Shown: positions 1-8,912 of the stretch, in pieces | Layout: the number at the start of each line of letters is the position of its first letter | How positions within the stretch are numbered: the first letter of the stretch is position 1 | Assembly: GCA_024614665.1 (NCBI GenBank) | Contig: GCA_024614665.1_4861.1 | DNA from: a phage | Length of the DNA stretch: 64,000 nucleotides | Direction: 5' to 3' (one strand) | Position numbers and translations under genes: made by a program | The notes under the pieces: generated by a model | What the model was told of the DNA's origin: nothing | Databases searched by the model: none | Seen by the model: the letters and a program-made list of their open reading frames with translations, nothing else

Positions 1-1934
1 TGATCTTCACCTTTGCCGCGCGCGGGGTAGACAACGAGGCGTTCCCGTTAACCGGGGATAATGCACTGTCTCTGCTTGGTCGCAATGTCTTTGACTTGCG
101 AGGCCCCTACGCGACGTTCAACACGCCCTATCAGGCGATGTTCAACGCCAACGCAAACGAGTGTATGTATCAGCGCTTGATCCCTGAAGATGCGAAGACC
201 GCAAGTGTTCGCGTATTCGCCGACGTACTCGAAACGAAAGTTCCGTCCTACGACCGCGACAGCAACGGGATCGTTCAGTACGACAACTCGGGCAAGCCCA
301 AGATCAAAGAACAAGTTGACGGTTTGGTAATCGTCTTCCGTTCTGTCGTAATCGACGAAACTACCCCGGCCATCGGCGCAGGTGTGGTTATCGACGGGAC
401 GATGACTGGCGAAGGCGGCACGAAATCGAAGCTGTATCCGTTGTTCGATATCGCAGGCCCGTATGCGGGTGCTGACGTCAACGGTTTCGGTTTCAAACTG
501 ATCCCACTCAGCGAGAAATCCAGCCCGGCTCTGACCTCCTCCTATCAAAATGAAGTCGGTGGTCGTGTTTACACCCTGCAATGGTTCGAAACCCTGGCAG
601 GTGTGACTTCTCCGGTAGTGTGGAAAACTCTCACTGGCATGAGTAGCATCAATTTTAGCTTTAAGCCCGATGCATACTATCAGCCGATGAGAACGCAACT
701 CGACTTCGAAGTTGTTGTTGCGGATGCATATCGTCAGACGATGCCTGACATTGGCGAGCTGCCAGATTATGGTCCTTTCGAGCAGTTCTATCTGTATCGC
801 GAGAACCTGGAAACTGTACTGGGATTGGCTCAGGCCGCTATCACGACTGAAGCGCCTACTGACCCGTATATGGTTGACATCTTTGGCGGCTACGATTTAC
901 TGGGCCAGCCTTACGATGGTCTTCAGGTAAACCCGGCTACTGAAACCGGTAAAGTTGTGTTCTCCTCATCCAACATCCACTACCTGCAAGGTGGTAGCGA
1001 TGGTACCATGAACAACGACGTTTACGACGAACTCGTTCGCCGTGAAATGTTGCTGTTCCCGGATGGCGGTAAAGTCCGTTACGACAACGAGCTGAAATAC
1101 TCGCTGGGTTGTTTCTGGGACTCCGGCTTTAGCTTCGATACTAAAGCTGCGCTCGTGAACTTCATCGGTCGTTCACGTAACACCTTCTTGACGCTGGCGA
1201 CTCACGTTTACAGCCAAGGCCGTAACGATGAGCAGGCAGAAGAAAGTGCAAAAATCGCCCTGATCGAATTGATCACAGCGGTACCGGAATCTGCCTATTA
1301 CGGCACTCCGGCTGCACGTGGTATGGTCACCGGCCAATCGGCGTTCATCAAGAACTCTTCCTACAAGAAGCCTGTTCCGATGAACTATTCCCTGGCGAAC
1401 TTCTTCTCGAAGTACCTGGGTGCTGCTGAAGGTCGTGCAAAACCGGCTTATCGTTTCAGCCGTGGCGAACTGACGATTATCGAAGATCTGACTGACCTGA
1501 GTATGCCGTGGAAAGGCAACGAAGTGTATGCATCTGACTGGGATGTGTCGCTGATCACTGCCCGTTCCTACGACTACTATCGCTTGTTCATTCCGGCGAT
1601 TCAGTCAATCTACAGCGAAGATCGTTCTGTACTGAACAACGCCCTGTTCAACTTCATGATGACCTACGTCTATCGTGTTTCCGACCGTGTATGGGCGGAC
1701 ATGTCTGGCGAAGCGGCCATGACGGATGATGAACGTGCGAAGATGATTGAGAACAAAATTATCGAACGTCTGGAAGGCCGTCTCGATAACGTTGCTGTCG
1801 TCACTCCGAAGGCGTACTTCACTGCAGACGATAAATCCAATGGTTACTCTGTGACGCTGGACCTGATCGCTGAAGGCGGTGTGCTGCTCACCCAGTTCAA
1901 CACCACTATCAAAGTTTACCGTCGGGAGAGCTAA
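1..1934 (+). CDS. virion structural protein, 5'-truncated at window edge (possible contractile tail sheath)
   Basis: Frame is open from nt 3 to the stop at 1932-1934 with no upstream stop, so the N-terminus lies outside the window (more than 640 aa). Followed 3 nt later by a 291-aa gene and a strong terminator. Sheath assignment is inference from the size pair and context. Confidence 0.45.
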   Translation, partial: IFTFAARGVDNEAFPLTGDNALSLLGRNVFDLRGPYATFNTPYQAMFNANANECMYQRLIPEDAKTASVRVFADVLETKVPSYDRDSNGIVQYDNSGKPKIKEQVDGLVIVFRSVVIDETTPAIGAGVVIDGTMTGEGGTKSKLYPLFDIAGPYAGADVNGFGFKLIPLSEKSSPALTSSYQNEVGGRVYTLQWFETLAGVTSPVVWKTLTGMSSINFSFKPDAYYQPMRTQLDFEVVVADAYRQTMPDIGELPDYGPFEQFYLYRENLETVLGLAQAAITTEAPTDPYMVDIFGGYDLLGQPYDGLQVNPATETGKVVFSSSNIHYLQGGSDGTMNNDVYDELVRREMLLFPDGGKVRYDNELKYSLGCFWDSGFSFDTKAALVNFIGRSRNTFLTLATHVYSQGRNDEQAEESAKIALIELITAVPESAYYGTPAARGMVTGQSAFIKNSSYKKPVPMNYSLANFFSKYLGAAEGRAKPAYRFSRGELTIIEDLTDLSMPWKGNEVYASDWDVSLITARSYDYYRLFIPAIQSIYSEDRSVLNNALFNFMMTYVYRVSDRVWADMSGEAAMTDDERAKMIENKIIERLEGRLDNVAVVTPKAYFTADDKSNGYSVTLDLIAEGGVLLTQFNTTIKVYRRES

Positions 1935-1937
1935 TAG

Positions 1938-2813
1938 ATGGCAATCAAAGATCGTCTCATTTTGCCTGATCAGGGTCTGCACGTCGACGGCGGCCAGTAC
2001 GATATGGTCAACGCGTTCTCCTCGGGCCAAAACGGCCCGGTTGGACAGGTTGGCAAGTTCGTTACTAACGCCTCTCGTCTGCGTCGTAACGTCATTGCGC
2101 GCGTCATGGAATTCCCTCGTTGGGTGGATTACATGCCGAACCCGCAGATGTGGCGTCAGGCTATCAAGTCCTTTATCGAGGTTCACTCCGAGATTACTGG
2201 CTTGGATAAAACCCTGAGCCATGCGGCTGTTGAAACTCAGCAGGGTCGTAACAACCGTACCCAGTATGAAGCTGGTCTGGTAACGGAAGCACTGTCCTCT
2301 GTTACCTTCACCACCCCGGATAAACTCGGGAAGGTGTACCAGAACATGCTGTGGGCGTGGCTGGTTTACGGTGTTTGCGATCCCCAGACTGGTCACCCAG
2401 GTCTGGCCGCAATCAACCCGAACGTTCCTGACCACCTGCCGGATATGTACAGCATGACCGTGCTGTTCATCGAACCGGATGCATATCAGCGTAAACCGCA
2501 GAATGCGTGGTGGTTAACGAACATGATTCCGGAAACCGCTGGCCAGGATATCGGTGAGCGTGAAACCAACACCGGTCCGCAGATTAACGAACTGTCAATC
2601 GCCTTTACCTCCCAGCAATGGACAGGTTGGGGTCCGATGCAGGCCGCTGCGAAAGAGCTGGATCGTATGAAGCTGTACGGTCTGCGTCCTTACGAACGCA
2701 AACTGTGGCTTACTCCGTCTCAGCAGACCGACGGTATCAACCCGGACGTCAACGCAACCCCAGGTGGTTACAACTCTGTCTCCGACGAGCAGATGGCCAA
2801 CCAGATGCGCTAA
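1938..2813 (+). CDS. virion structural protein (possible tail tube)
   Basis: ATG at 1938 preceded by GGGAGAG Shine-Dalgarno; 291 aa; intrinsic terminator immediately downstream. Confidence 0.45.
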   Translation: MAIKDRLILPDQGLHVDGGQYDMVNAFSSGQNGPVGQVGKFVTNASRLRRNVIARVMEFPRWVDYMPNPQMWRQAIKSFIEVHSEITGLDKTLSHAAVETQQGRNNRTQYEAGLVTEALSSVTFTTPDKLGKVYQNMLWAWLVYGVCDPQTGHPGLAAINPNVPDHLPDMYSMTVLFIEPDAYQRKPQNAWWLTNMIPETAGQDIGERETNTGPQINELSIAFTSQQWTGWGPMQAAAKELDRMKLYGLRPYERKLWLTPSQQTDGINPDVNATPGGYNSVSDEQMANQMR

Positions 2814-2832
2814 GACAAAAAAAACAAGCGTT

Positions 2833-2870
2833 ACCTCTCTCCATTTGGAGAGAGGTACGTTTTATTTTTT
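2833..2870. terminator. bidirectional intrinsic terminator
   Basis: Perfect 10-bp stem ACCTCTCTCC/GGAGAGAGGT with ATTT loop, then TTTTATTTTTT; an A-run on the other side serves the convergent minus gene. Confidence 0.7.
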
Positions 2871-3404
2871 CGGTTGGCCAGCATCGATCTCACGCTGCGC
2901 ATTGGCACGAATCAGCAAGTTCTTGATTTGCAGCAATAATAGATAGGTTACGAGCACATCGAATTCAGACGGCGGTTGAACATCGCCCAAGTCGGGGTGG
3001 GCAATCTTCCAGAGAGACATCCCGTCTTTATAACCTTGTCCTGATTCTGCCGCGAGAATGTCGTTGGCGGACATGCTAATGAGTTCGTGTTCCAGTTGAC
3101 GGAGTACATCGTCACCCAGCTCTACTTGCAACAGGCACTTAAAGCGGATGATAAAGCCCGCGATAATACGACCGCTACTACCTTTGGTGATCGTGTCGAG
3201 AAAACGTTGGTAGCCGTTGATGGTGTGCGGAATAATCTCAACCGGATATTCGGCAATGGTTTCGAAAGCATCTTCCAGTATAGCTTTCATGGACAATGTA
3301 AACACGTCACCGATCTGATTGATGTGGCGGATAATGTCTTCACGTTTCATATCAGATGGAATCGGTTTGATATCGTCCTGACCGAGAGTATTAAGTTGCT
3401 TCAT
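2862..3404 (-). CDS. hypothetical protein
   Basis: 180-aa ORF, GGAG upstream of ATG; stop lies within the terminator T-tract. Confidence 0.55.
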   Translation of the reverse strand: MKQLNTLGQDDIKPIPSDMKREDIIRHINQIGDVFTLSMKAILEDAFETIAEYPVEIIPHTINGYQRFLDTITKGSSGRIIAGFIIRFKCLLQVELGDDVLRQLEHELISMSANDILAAESGQGYKDGMSLWKIAHPDLGDVQPPSEFDVLVTYLLLLQIKNLLIRANAQREIDAGQPKK

Positions 3405-3418
3405 TGTAGCTCCAAAAT

Positions 3419-3452
3419 CAAAAAAAATAGGGCAGTCATAAGACCACCCTAT
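3419..3452 (-). terminator. putative intrinsic terminator
   Basis: Imperfect hairpin ATAGGG...CCCTAT followed on the minus strand by a T8 run, between genes 3509-3997 and 2862-3404. Confidence 0.4.
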
Positions 3453-3508
3453 TGTTTACTGCTTCCGACCGAGTAGCTCAGCGAGTTACTTTGGGCTGGA
3501 CGGAATCA

Positions 3509-3997
3509 TTATTCGTCGTCTTCGTCTTCTTCATCAGTTGCCATCATGGACTTGGCAAACTCTTTACGCAGCTTGCCTTCCAACGCTTTAGACTTCGGAG
3601 AACCGAAACCGTAAGAGATGGACGCTGCCCATTCTTTCTGAGTTGGGTTTTCAGTAACCGGGCGAGAGAACACGGTAGAGAATGCTGCGTTACCGATATC
3701 GAGCGTTAAGTCCAGTGCACCGATTTCGCTATCCGCTTTTGCACGGTCGGCAATCAGACCACCGGCAACGCCACCGAACAGTTCAGTGAAGTTTGCGTCG
3801 TGCTGTCGCAGAGCGTCAGCGTCTTCCAGTGTGAAGCGATAGTCCACATCCCCAACTTTCGTTACCGGGAGCGTGGAAGTATATAGCTCGACGAGCGGCT
3901 CAGCGTTCAGCGCCAGGTCTTCGGACAGGGTTGCTGCCGGCGTGTCCAGTTCAGCGATCAGTTTGTGCAGTGCTTTCATTGAAGTTACTTCAGCCAT
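3509..3997 (-). CDS. hypothetical protein with acidic C-terminal tail
   Basis: 162-aa ORF ending EEDEDDE; AAGGAA SD upstream. Confidence 0.55.
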   Translation of the reverse strand: MAEVTSMKALHKLIAELDTPAATLSEDLALNAEPLVELYTSTLPVTKVGDVDYRFTLEDADALRQHDANFTELFGGVAGGLIADRAKADSEIGALDLTLDIGNAAFSTVFSRPVTENPTQKEWAASISYGFGSPKSKALEGKLRKEFAKSMMATDEEDEDDE

Positions 3998-4017
3998 CTT
4001 AATATTCCTTAAGGTCA

Positions 4018-4034
4018 GTGTGATTAATCGTGTG
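4018..4034 (-). promoter_or_regulatory. variant of the TTAATCGACTAT upstream element
   Basis: Minus-strand CACACGATTAATCACAC overlapping the stop of the upstream gene, then TTAAGGAATATTAAG ATG. Confidence 0.3.
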
Positions 4035-4695
4035 AAAGACGAGCTTCGAGGTCGTCGATAATGGTATCTGTGAAATAGCTAATATCTAGCTGCTCCACGA
4101 AATCCCTGCGTTCCAGAATGCGCTCTGCGAAGAGCGTACCGTACCAACTAGGGACATTACTAACGCCGTTGCGTCCGAACTTCTGCTGGACATGACCAAC
4201 GGCATGGAATTTTGCATCACCTTTGCTTTTACCCTGTTCACGGGCAAACAGATAAGAACGGTGCATGTAATTGCTCACGTCATCTACAGACGGTATACCA
4301 CGGTCAGCTGCGGCAACTATCTCAGAGACAATCCCGTTGTAGTTCCCTTTGTGAGAACTGCGGTGTTCTAAGACTGCATGGGCAATCGTCAAACATTCAT
4401 CATCGGTAAGTTTATACTTACGTTTGAGCACTGGCTTGTTATCCAGTATCCAGCTATACCCTTTGATGTGGTGCGACGCACGGTCTTCTTTGGTAGAGAA
4501 GATGTCGTGAGCTGCCACCGCAATCAGTATCAGCTTCAGGTGTTCGGTTTGCCCAAGCATATACGCGATACGAATCGCATTTGATTTAACTGAGTTGATG
4601 TGATCCATGCGATGCGCACTATCGGTATAACGATAGAAGTCGCGGAATTGACGAACCAGTTTTTCCCAAAGTTTGTTGAGTTCAGTGCCCTGCAT
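4024..4695 (-). CDS. HD-domain phosphohydrolase
   Basis: 223 aa; H...HD metal-binding signature (HRMDH ... AVAAHDIF) typical of the HD superfamily. Confidence 0.55.
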   Translation of the reverse strand: MQGTELNKLWEKLVRQFRDFYRYTDSAHRMDHINSVKSNAIRIAYMLGQTEHLKLILIAVAAHDIFSTKEDRASHHIKGYSWILDNKPVLKRKYKLTDDECLTIAHAVLEHRSSHKGNYNGIVSEIVAAADRGIPSVDDVSNYMHRSYLFAREQGKSKGDAKFHAVGHVQQKFGRNGVSNVPSWYGTLFAERILERRDFVEQLDISYFTDTIIDDLEARLSHD

Positions 4696-4710
4696 GTAAA
4701 TATTCCTTAC

Positions 4711-4730
4711 GGTAATGGTCGATTAACTAC
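4711..4730 (-). promoter_or_regulatory. TTAATCGACCATTACC element upstream of SD
   Basis: Minus-strand TAG TAGTTAATCGACCATTACC GTAAGGAATATTTAC ATG; fills the 34-nt gap between two genes. Confidence 0.45.
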
Positions 4731-5119
4731 TACGAGAATGTGTGATAACAACGTGTCAGTGTAACTTTCACGTTATCAGAATGGTCTTCGTTGGTATACA
4801 CCACCGGCCAGATAATGTTATCAGACGAAAGCGTCTTTGATAACCCTTCAATCAATTCCTTCATTGAGGTTCCCTTCAGCCGATGGGTCGTACGCCACCT
4901 GTGTGACGTCATACGGCTATAAACCACCATATCTGGTGTAAGGGTACTACTTTCCTCTTTAATCTCCTCTAAACGCTTCTCCTCGCTTTCTACGAAGCTT
5001 AGTAAAGCATCTGGATTTCGAACAAACTCACCGAAACGATCGTCTCGGCGCAAGCCACAAAGAACCCATAGCGTAAATGGATCTCTGCACGCATCTACCA
5101 ACCCCTCTGCGATTTTCAT
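4730..5119 (-). CDS. hypothetical protein (paralog of 5174-5572?)
   Basis: 129-aa ORF; N-terminal DPF...LC motif shared with the adjacent gene. Confidence 0.5.
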   Translation of the reverse strand: MKIAEGLVDACRDPFTLWVLCGLRRDDRFGEFVRNPDALLSFVESEEKRLEEIKEESSTLTPDMVVYSRMTSHRWRTTHRLKGTSMKELIEGLSKTLSSDNIIWPVVYTNEDHSDNVKVTLTRCYHTFS

Positions 5120-5173
5120 TTTATTCCTTCCTACACAGTCAAAGGATTTGTACGATTCGTTATTTTTGAGAGA

Positions 5174-5572
5174 TCAGATCAGCTGCTCGGCGCGCAAACG
5201 TCTCAAAGTGTTCGTTGCTGTAATAAGAACATCTTGCAGCTCTTGTATTGCTTCGCCATCAAAGTACGCTTTAAGATGCAGGTCGCTGGTGATGAGTCCG
5301 CCGTATTTGTAAGGCAGGTCTGTAATATCACAGACGATGGGATTTTCTGCTCGCCACTTTTCATCAGCAATGAGAATAAGAAACTTCCAGGCGTTTTGAT
5401 TGTCGAGCGCTTCGCCGGTTTCTGGCTTGTAGAGTTCTTTTAAACGTTTATCGCGCTCAGCGATAAGGTATTCGTCATCAGTCAACAGACGAATTAAATC
5501 GGCTTCGTTGCTCTCGGCTTTAGCACAAAGCATCATGGCAACAAAGGGGTCTTGGCGTAGTTGGTTAGTCAT
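5174..5572 (-). CDS. hypothetical protein
   Basis: 132-aa ORF; AAGGAG SD 8 nt upstream of ATG; preceded by promoter-like elements. Confidence 0.55.
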   Translation of the reverse strand: MTNQLRQDPFVAMMLCAKAESNEADLIRLLTDDEYLIAERDKRLKELYKPETGEALDNQNAWKFLILIADEKWRAENPIVCDITDLPYKYGGLITSDLHLKAYFDGEAIQELQDVLITATNTLRRLRAEQLI

Positions 5573-5590
5573 TGTAAATACTCCTTCTGG

Positions 5591-5606
5591 GTAATAGTCG
5601 ATTAAA
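5591..5606 (-). promoter_or_regulatory. TTTAATCGACTATTACC element upstream of SD
   Basis: Minus-strand TTTAATCGACTATTACC CAGAAGGAG TATTTACA ATG. Confidence 0.45.
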
Positions 5607-5631
5607 GCGTTAACGTGTAACGCTCACCTAA

Positions 5632-5647
5632 GTAATATATATCTCAG
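5632..5647 (-). promoter_or_regulatory. AT-rich promoter-like element (TATATTAC type)
   Basis: Minus-strand CTGAGATATATATTACTTAGGTGAG, repeated near-identically at 63690-63706; contains TATATTAC, which I recall as the early-promoter consensus of phiKZ-like phages. Confidence 0.5.
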
Positions 5648-5664
5648 TTCTTTTTGAATGCAAT

Positions 5665-5709
5665 TAATAAAATAAAAAGGCTCACCCGTATCCGAAGATA
5701 GGATGAGCC
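5665..5709 (-). terminator. intrinsic terminator
   Basis: Hairpin GGCTCA.../...TGAGCC followed on the minus strand by TTTTTATTTTATT, just after the stop of gene 5719-6267. Confidence 0.55.
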
Positions 5710-5718
5710 TAGTGGAGC

Positions 5719-6267
5719 TTAGACTTGCAGTAGTGTCCCCGAGTGAGTAATCGGGTCATTGTAGAACGCTTCACACTGGAGGCAAATGCCATCAATGTTC
5801 GGTTCTTCAGTTCGCGACCATATTGCCGCGCCACCTTGCAAAATCCATTCTCGACAGTTACGACCATAATCGTCGACAAGCAAATTACCTCGCGAGGCGT
5901 AAGCTTTCTTCTGCCCTGAACTTTCGGTGACGATGACTTTGTCAGCTGGTACCCCAAAGTGCTTCATGAACCACCGTTGTTTTGAATCCACAACCAATTG
6001 GTGGTCGTAGTGATCTTCTGACCCAGAGGTGAGTATTGCCCAACTGTCGCAAAGTCTATCTACCGTTTCCAGGATTCGCTCTACACCCTCAATTGGTTCG
6101 AGTTTGTAAAACAGGTCAGGATCGTTCTGATACATCGAACGAACCAAACTACGACGGCGGAGTTCAGGTAATGCGTTAAACTCTTTAATCGTCATTCCGG
6201 GAAAATGTGTGGATAAAACGTATTTACGCCAGCGTGCAAAAACGCCATCGCTATCCAGATAAAACAT
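5719..6267 (-). CDS. HAD-superfamily hydrolase, possible 5'(3')-deoxyribonucleotidase
   Basis: Start chosen at the internal ATG (MFYLDSDGVF) with AAGGA SD; the ORF track's longer TTG start at 6306 has no SD. DxDG motif at the N-terminus is the HAD motif I. Confidence 0.4.
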   Translation of the reverse strand: MFYLDSDGVFARWRKYVLSTHFPGMTIKEFNALPELRRRSLVRSMYQNDPDLFYKLEPIEGVERILETVDRLCDSWAILTSGSEDHYDHQLVVDSKQRWFMKHFGVPADKVIVTESSGQKKAYASRGNLLVDDYGRNCREWILQGGAAIWSRTEEPNIDGICLQCEAFYNDPITHSGTLLQV

Positions 6268-6320
6268 TTTCTTGTCCTTATTTTGTTCCCCAACACATGA
6301 AACCAACGTCGTGTAAAAAA

Positions 6321-6620
6321 CTACATTTGCTTTATTGCCATATTCGAACGATACGGCTCAGTGAGTAGAAAGTAAGTACGGCGATAGTCGATTGTCACTC
6401 CAGCCTCTTTAATGTCGCAATAGAGTGCCATGATATCTAGCGACGCGATTCCGGAGATAATGTTATTAACCTTGCGTTTTGTATCAAAACGTTCCGATAA
6501 GATTTCGGCAAGCACTTCCTTACCAGCCTTTCCTTGGATGGCGTAGATCGCTAACGCTTTCAGTTCTTCCGGCGTCAAACAACGAAGGGTCGGAGGTATT
6601 GCGATGTTAACGACCTTCAT
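6321..6620 (-). CDS. hypothetical protein
   Basis: ORF; start placed at ATG 6620 (MKVVNIAI) with GGGGGA SD. Confidence 0.5.
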   Translation of the reverse strand: MKVVNIAIPPTLRCLTPEELKALAIYAIQGKAGKEVLAEILSERFDTKRKVNNIISGIASLDIMALYCDIKEAGVTIDYRRTYFLLTEPYRSNMAIKQM

Positions 6621-6675
6621 GCGTCCCCCTACTGTAGTGGTTTTTAGTTGTGATTTGCAGACCACGAACTAGGCA

Positions 6676-7305
6676 CTACGGTGTAACGACGTATTCGTTC
6701 AGTGCGTTATCAAAAGCAGTACGCGCAGTGGCGACCGCCTCCGAGACCTTAACTTCACCGCGCTCCCAGTTGACGCTGATAATCAGTCGATAAAATTCGC
6801 CGGCTTTCAGCAGTTGACTGGTAGACAGGCGCACATCTTGTCCGAAACTTAAGTGATAGACAAAAACGTGGCCGCCGTTGCGAAGTTCTGACAACCGCAT
6901 CTCGCCCAGGTAAATCGGTTTGATATCCCAGTTCGACATGCGGTGCGGTACAATCCATACTTCACCCGCCCGATTCGGTTCCTGCGTCAGGTTGACCGAA
7001 GGCTGCGCTACATCACGTTCATCAAAACCGTAAAGATACAATCGTGTGGGTATTTCGATTGCAGAGAAGTTGTGACGTGCACCCTTAATCGCTCGCTCTA
7101 AATCTACCGAGCAGCAAATCCTGGGCACGGTCTTGTCTTCATCTGGCGCGCACGAAAGTGGGATACGCGGCGAAAACGTCGGTATCTTACACTTGCTTAA
7201 ATGCAGCGGCTGTTCAGTCAGTTTACGCAACGTCAACTTTTTGGCGACGTGCGGCATCTGGCGTTCACACCACCGCTCTAATGACGGGTCGATATGTTCT
7301 GCCAT
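6676..7305 (-). CDS. hypothetical protein
   Basis: 209-aa ORF with AGGAG SD 10 nt upstream. Confidence 0.55.
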   Translation of the reverse strand: MAEHIDPSLERWCERQMPHVAKKLTLRKLTEQPLHLSKCKIPTFSPRIPLSCAPDEDKTVPRICCSVDLERAIKGARHNFSAIEIPTRLYLYGFDERDVAQPSVNLTQEPNRAGEVWIVPHRMSNWDIKPIYLGEMRLSELRNGGHVFVYHLSFGQDVRLSTSQLLKAGEFYRLIISVNWERGEVKVSEAVATARTAFDNALNEYVVTP

Positions 7306-7308
7306 TTT

Positions 7309-8112
7309 TTACCAGCTCCTTACACCCATGCCCATTACCCGCAGATTGGACACTTTCGGAGCCAGCTGCAGGTATTCCTGCGCGAGTTGCTGGAGAGCAC
7401 CACGACGGGACTCAGTGGCAACAGCGCTGGTCGTTGTCGGATTGTACAGAATGTCTTCCAACACTTGACGACTGATAGGGCGGTCGACGTAAGTGCGAGT
7501 AGATTCCTGTGCCACTTTACTACCGCGTTGAATCGCAGAGTATTTGTTACAGATTTGCAGGCCATCTTCAATAACCCAGTCAAAGGTGACCAGTTTATCG
7601 ATACGGCGTACGATAGTCGTACCCAGACGACCTTCACGAACGATAGCACGCAGTGAGAAACACACGTTCTGATGTGGGTTCTCTAGTGCTTCCGCCAGAA
7701 GCGGACCACGTTCACGGTTAGGTTTAATCCAACCCCAGATTTCCATTACCGGCAGACCGTTACACATCTGGTCGGTCGGCTTCACTTCTACTTCGCGAAT
7801 GTGCATACACACGTTACGCGTTTCGATCCATTCGTTACGTTCGATCCACTGGGCTTCGCTCATGCCTTGTTCGTATTGCGGATGGTCTTCTTCACCGAAG
7901 AGATTCCCCGCCAAAACTTTACGCATGAAAACGTTAGAGCGCTCGAAGACATGTTTTGACTCGTTATAGGCGTAGTAAATATTCTCAGAGTTGAAAATAT
8001 TCAGTGCACCTAACAGGACGTAGTAATACCCGTCCGCATCTTTCTTTAGCGTTGCCCCTTTATTGACCCCAGCGAGTGCCACGCAGTTATAACGTAGTGA
8101 CAAGTTTTCCAT
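7309..8112 (-). CDS. hypothetical protein
   Basis: 267-aa ORF tightly packed in the array downstream of the RNAP genes. Confidence 0.55.
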   Translation of the reverse strand: MENLSLRYNCVALAGVNKGATLKKDADGYYYVLLGALNIFNSENIYYAYNESKHVFERSNVFMRKVLAGNLFGEEDHPQYEQGMSEAQWIERNEWIETRNVCMHIREVEVKPTDQMCNGLPVMEIWGWIKPNRERGPLLAEALENPHQNVCFSLRAIVREGRLGTTIVRRIDKLVTFDWVIEDGLQICNKYSAIQRGSKVAQESTRTYVDRPISRQVLEDILYNPTTTSAVATESRRGALQQLAQEYLQLAPKVSNLRVMGMGVRSW

Positions 8113-8174
8113 TGGTTTCCCCAGTTGTTATTACCGAGGCGGGTTATTGGGGACGTACAATAACCCTACCTCAG

Positions 8175-8903
8175 TTACCTCATATACAAATCCTCGAGTG
8201 GCTCTGCACGTACCGGATCGACCTGGAGTGCAGAACGGATACCCTGTTTCAGCTCCACATCTGCAATCTTGGCCAACCTGGAAGTTTTGTTCAATGAACC
8301 TGAACGCAGCGGAATAAACTGCACCCGATTCATCAAATCGCTGTCTTTTTTCAGGGTGTAGCGGAAATACGTCCGCGGGTCGCCAACCTTACGCTGTGTG
8401 TGGGCAGCATAACAGTCAGCGGTGATCTGGTCGTTAAAGACCGTAAAGCCGTTCCACGTCTTAGTGTCAGACAATAGCTCAGCGTCATCTACTGCGGTAT
8501 ACCAGAAAGGCCGGTTGCCGAAGTCGTAGATGTACGAAGCGATGTTGTAGACTGGCGAGGATAGCACTTGCAGCATTCGGTTGGGGAACACCACCGTGCC
8601 GGGGTCAAAACGGAACTCGTAATACGGCACACCCTGAACATCAATTTCCTCAAACGCCGACGGGGTAATTTCAATGAACGTCGTGACGTTCGATACCCCG
8701 TAGGTTTTGCGGTCAGTGGAGATAGCGAAAATACCGACGATTTCTACTTGCGAAGAAATTACCGCCAGCTCTTTAGCCACGAAGCCAACAGGGATGTAAA
8801 TGTAACATCCCCCTTTGGTGATGGTGGCCGTGCCTTGGTCCACTAAATCTGCATGAATTTTCGTCGCGTCACGACGTGCTGTTTCAATGGCGCTCACGAC
8901 CAC
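8175..8903 (-). CDS. hypothetical protein
   Basis: 242-aa ORF, GTG start with AGAGAGG SD. Confidence 0.5.
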   Translation of the reverse strand: MVVSAIETARRDATKIHADLVDQGTATITKGGCYIYIPVGFVAKELAVISSQVEIVGIFAISTDRKTYGVSNVTTFIEITPSAFEEIDVQGVPYYEFRFDPGTVVFPNRMLQVLSSPVYNIASYIYDFGNRPFWYTAVDDAELLSDTKTWNGFTVFNDQITADCYAAHTQRKVGDPRTYFRYTLKKDSDLMNRVQFIPLRSGSLNKTSRLAKIADVELKQGIRSALQVDPVRAEPLEDLYMR

Positions 8904-8912
8904 CTCTCTTTA

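Noticed and set aside
1605-2435. 276-aa minus-strand ORF in the ORF track.
   Set aside because: Lies entirely antisense within the two plus-strand structural genes and spans their junction; no SD; treated as a spurious antisense frame. Other antisense or internal ORFs (for example 11335-12366, 17366-17992, 19505-19876, 24568-24855) were rejected on the same grounds.
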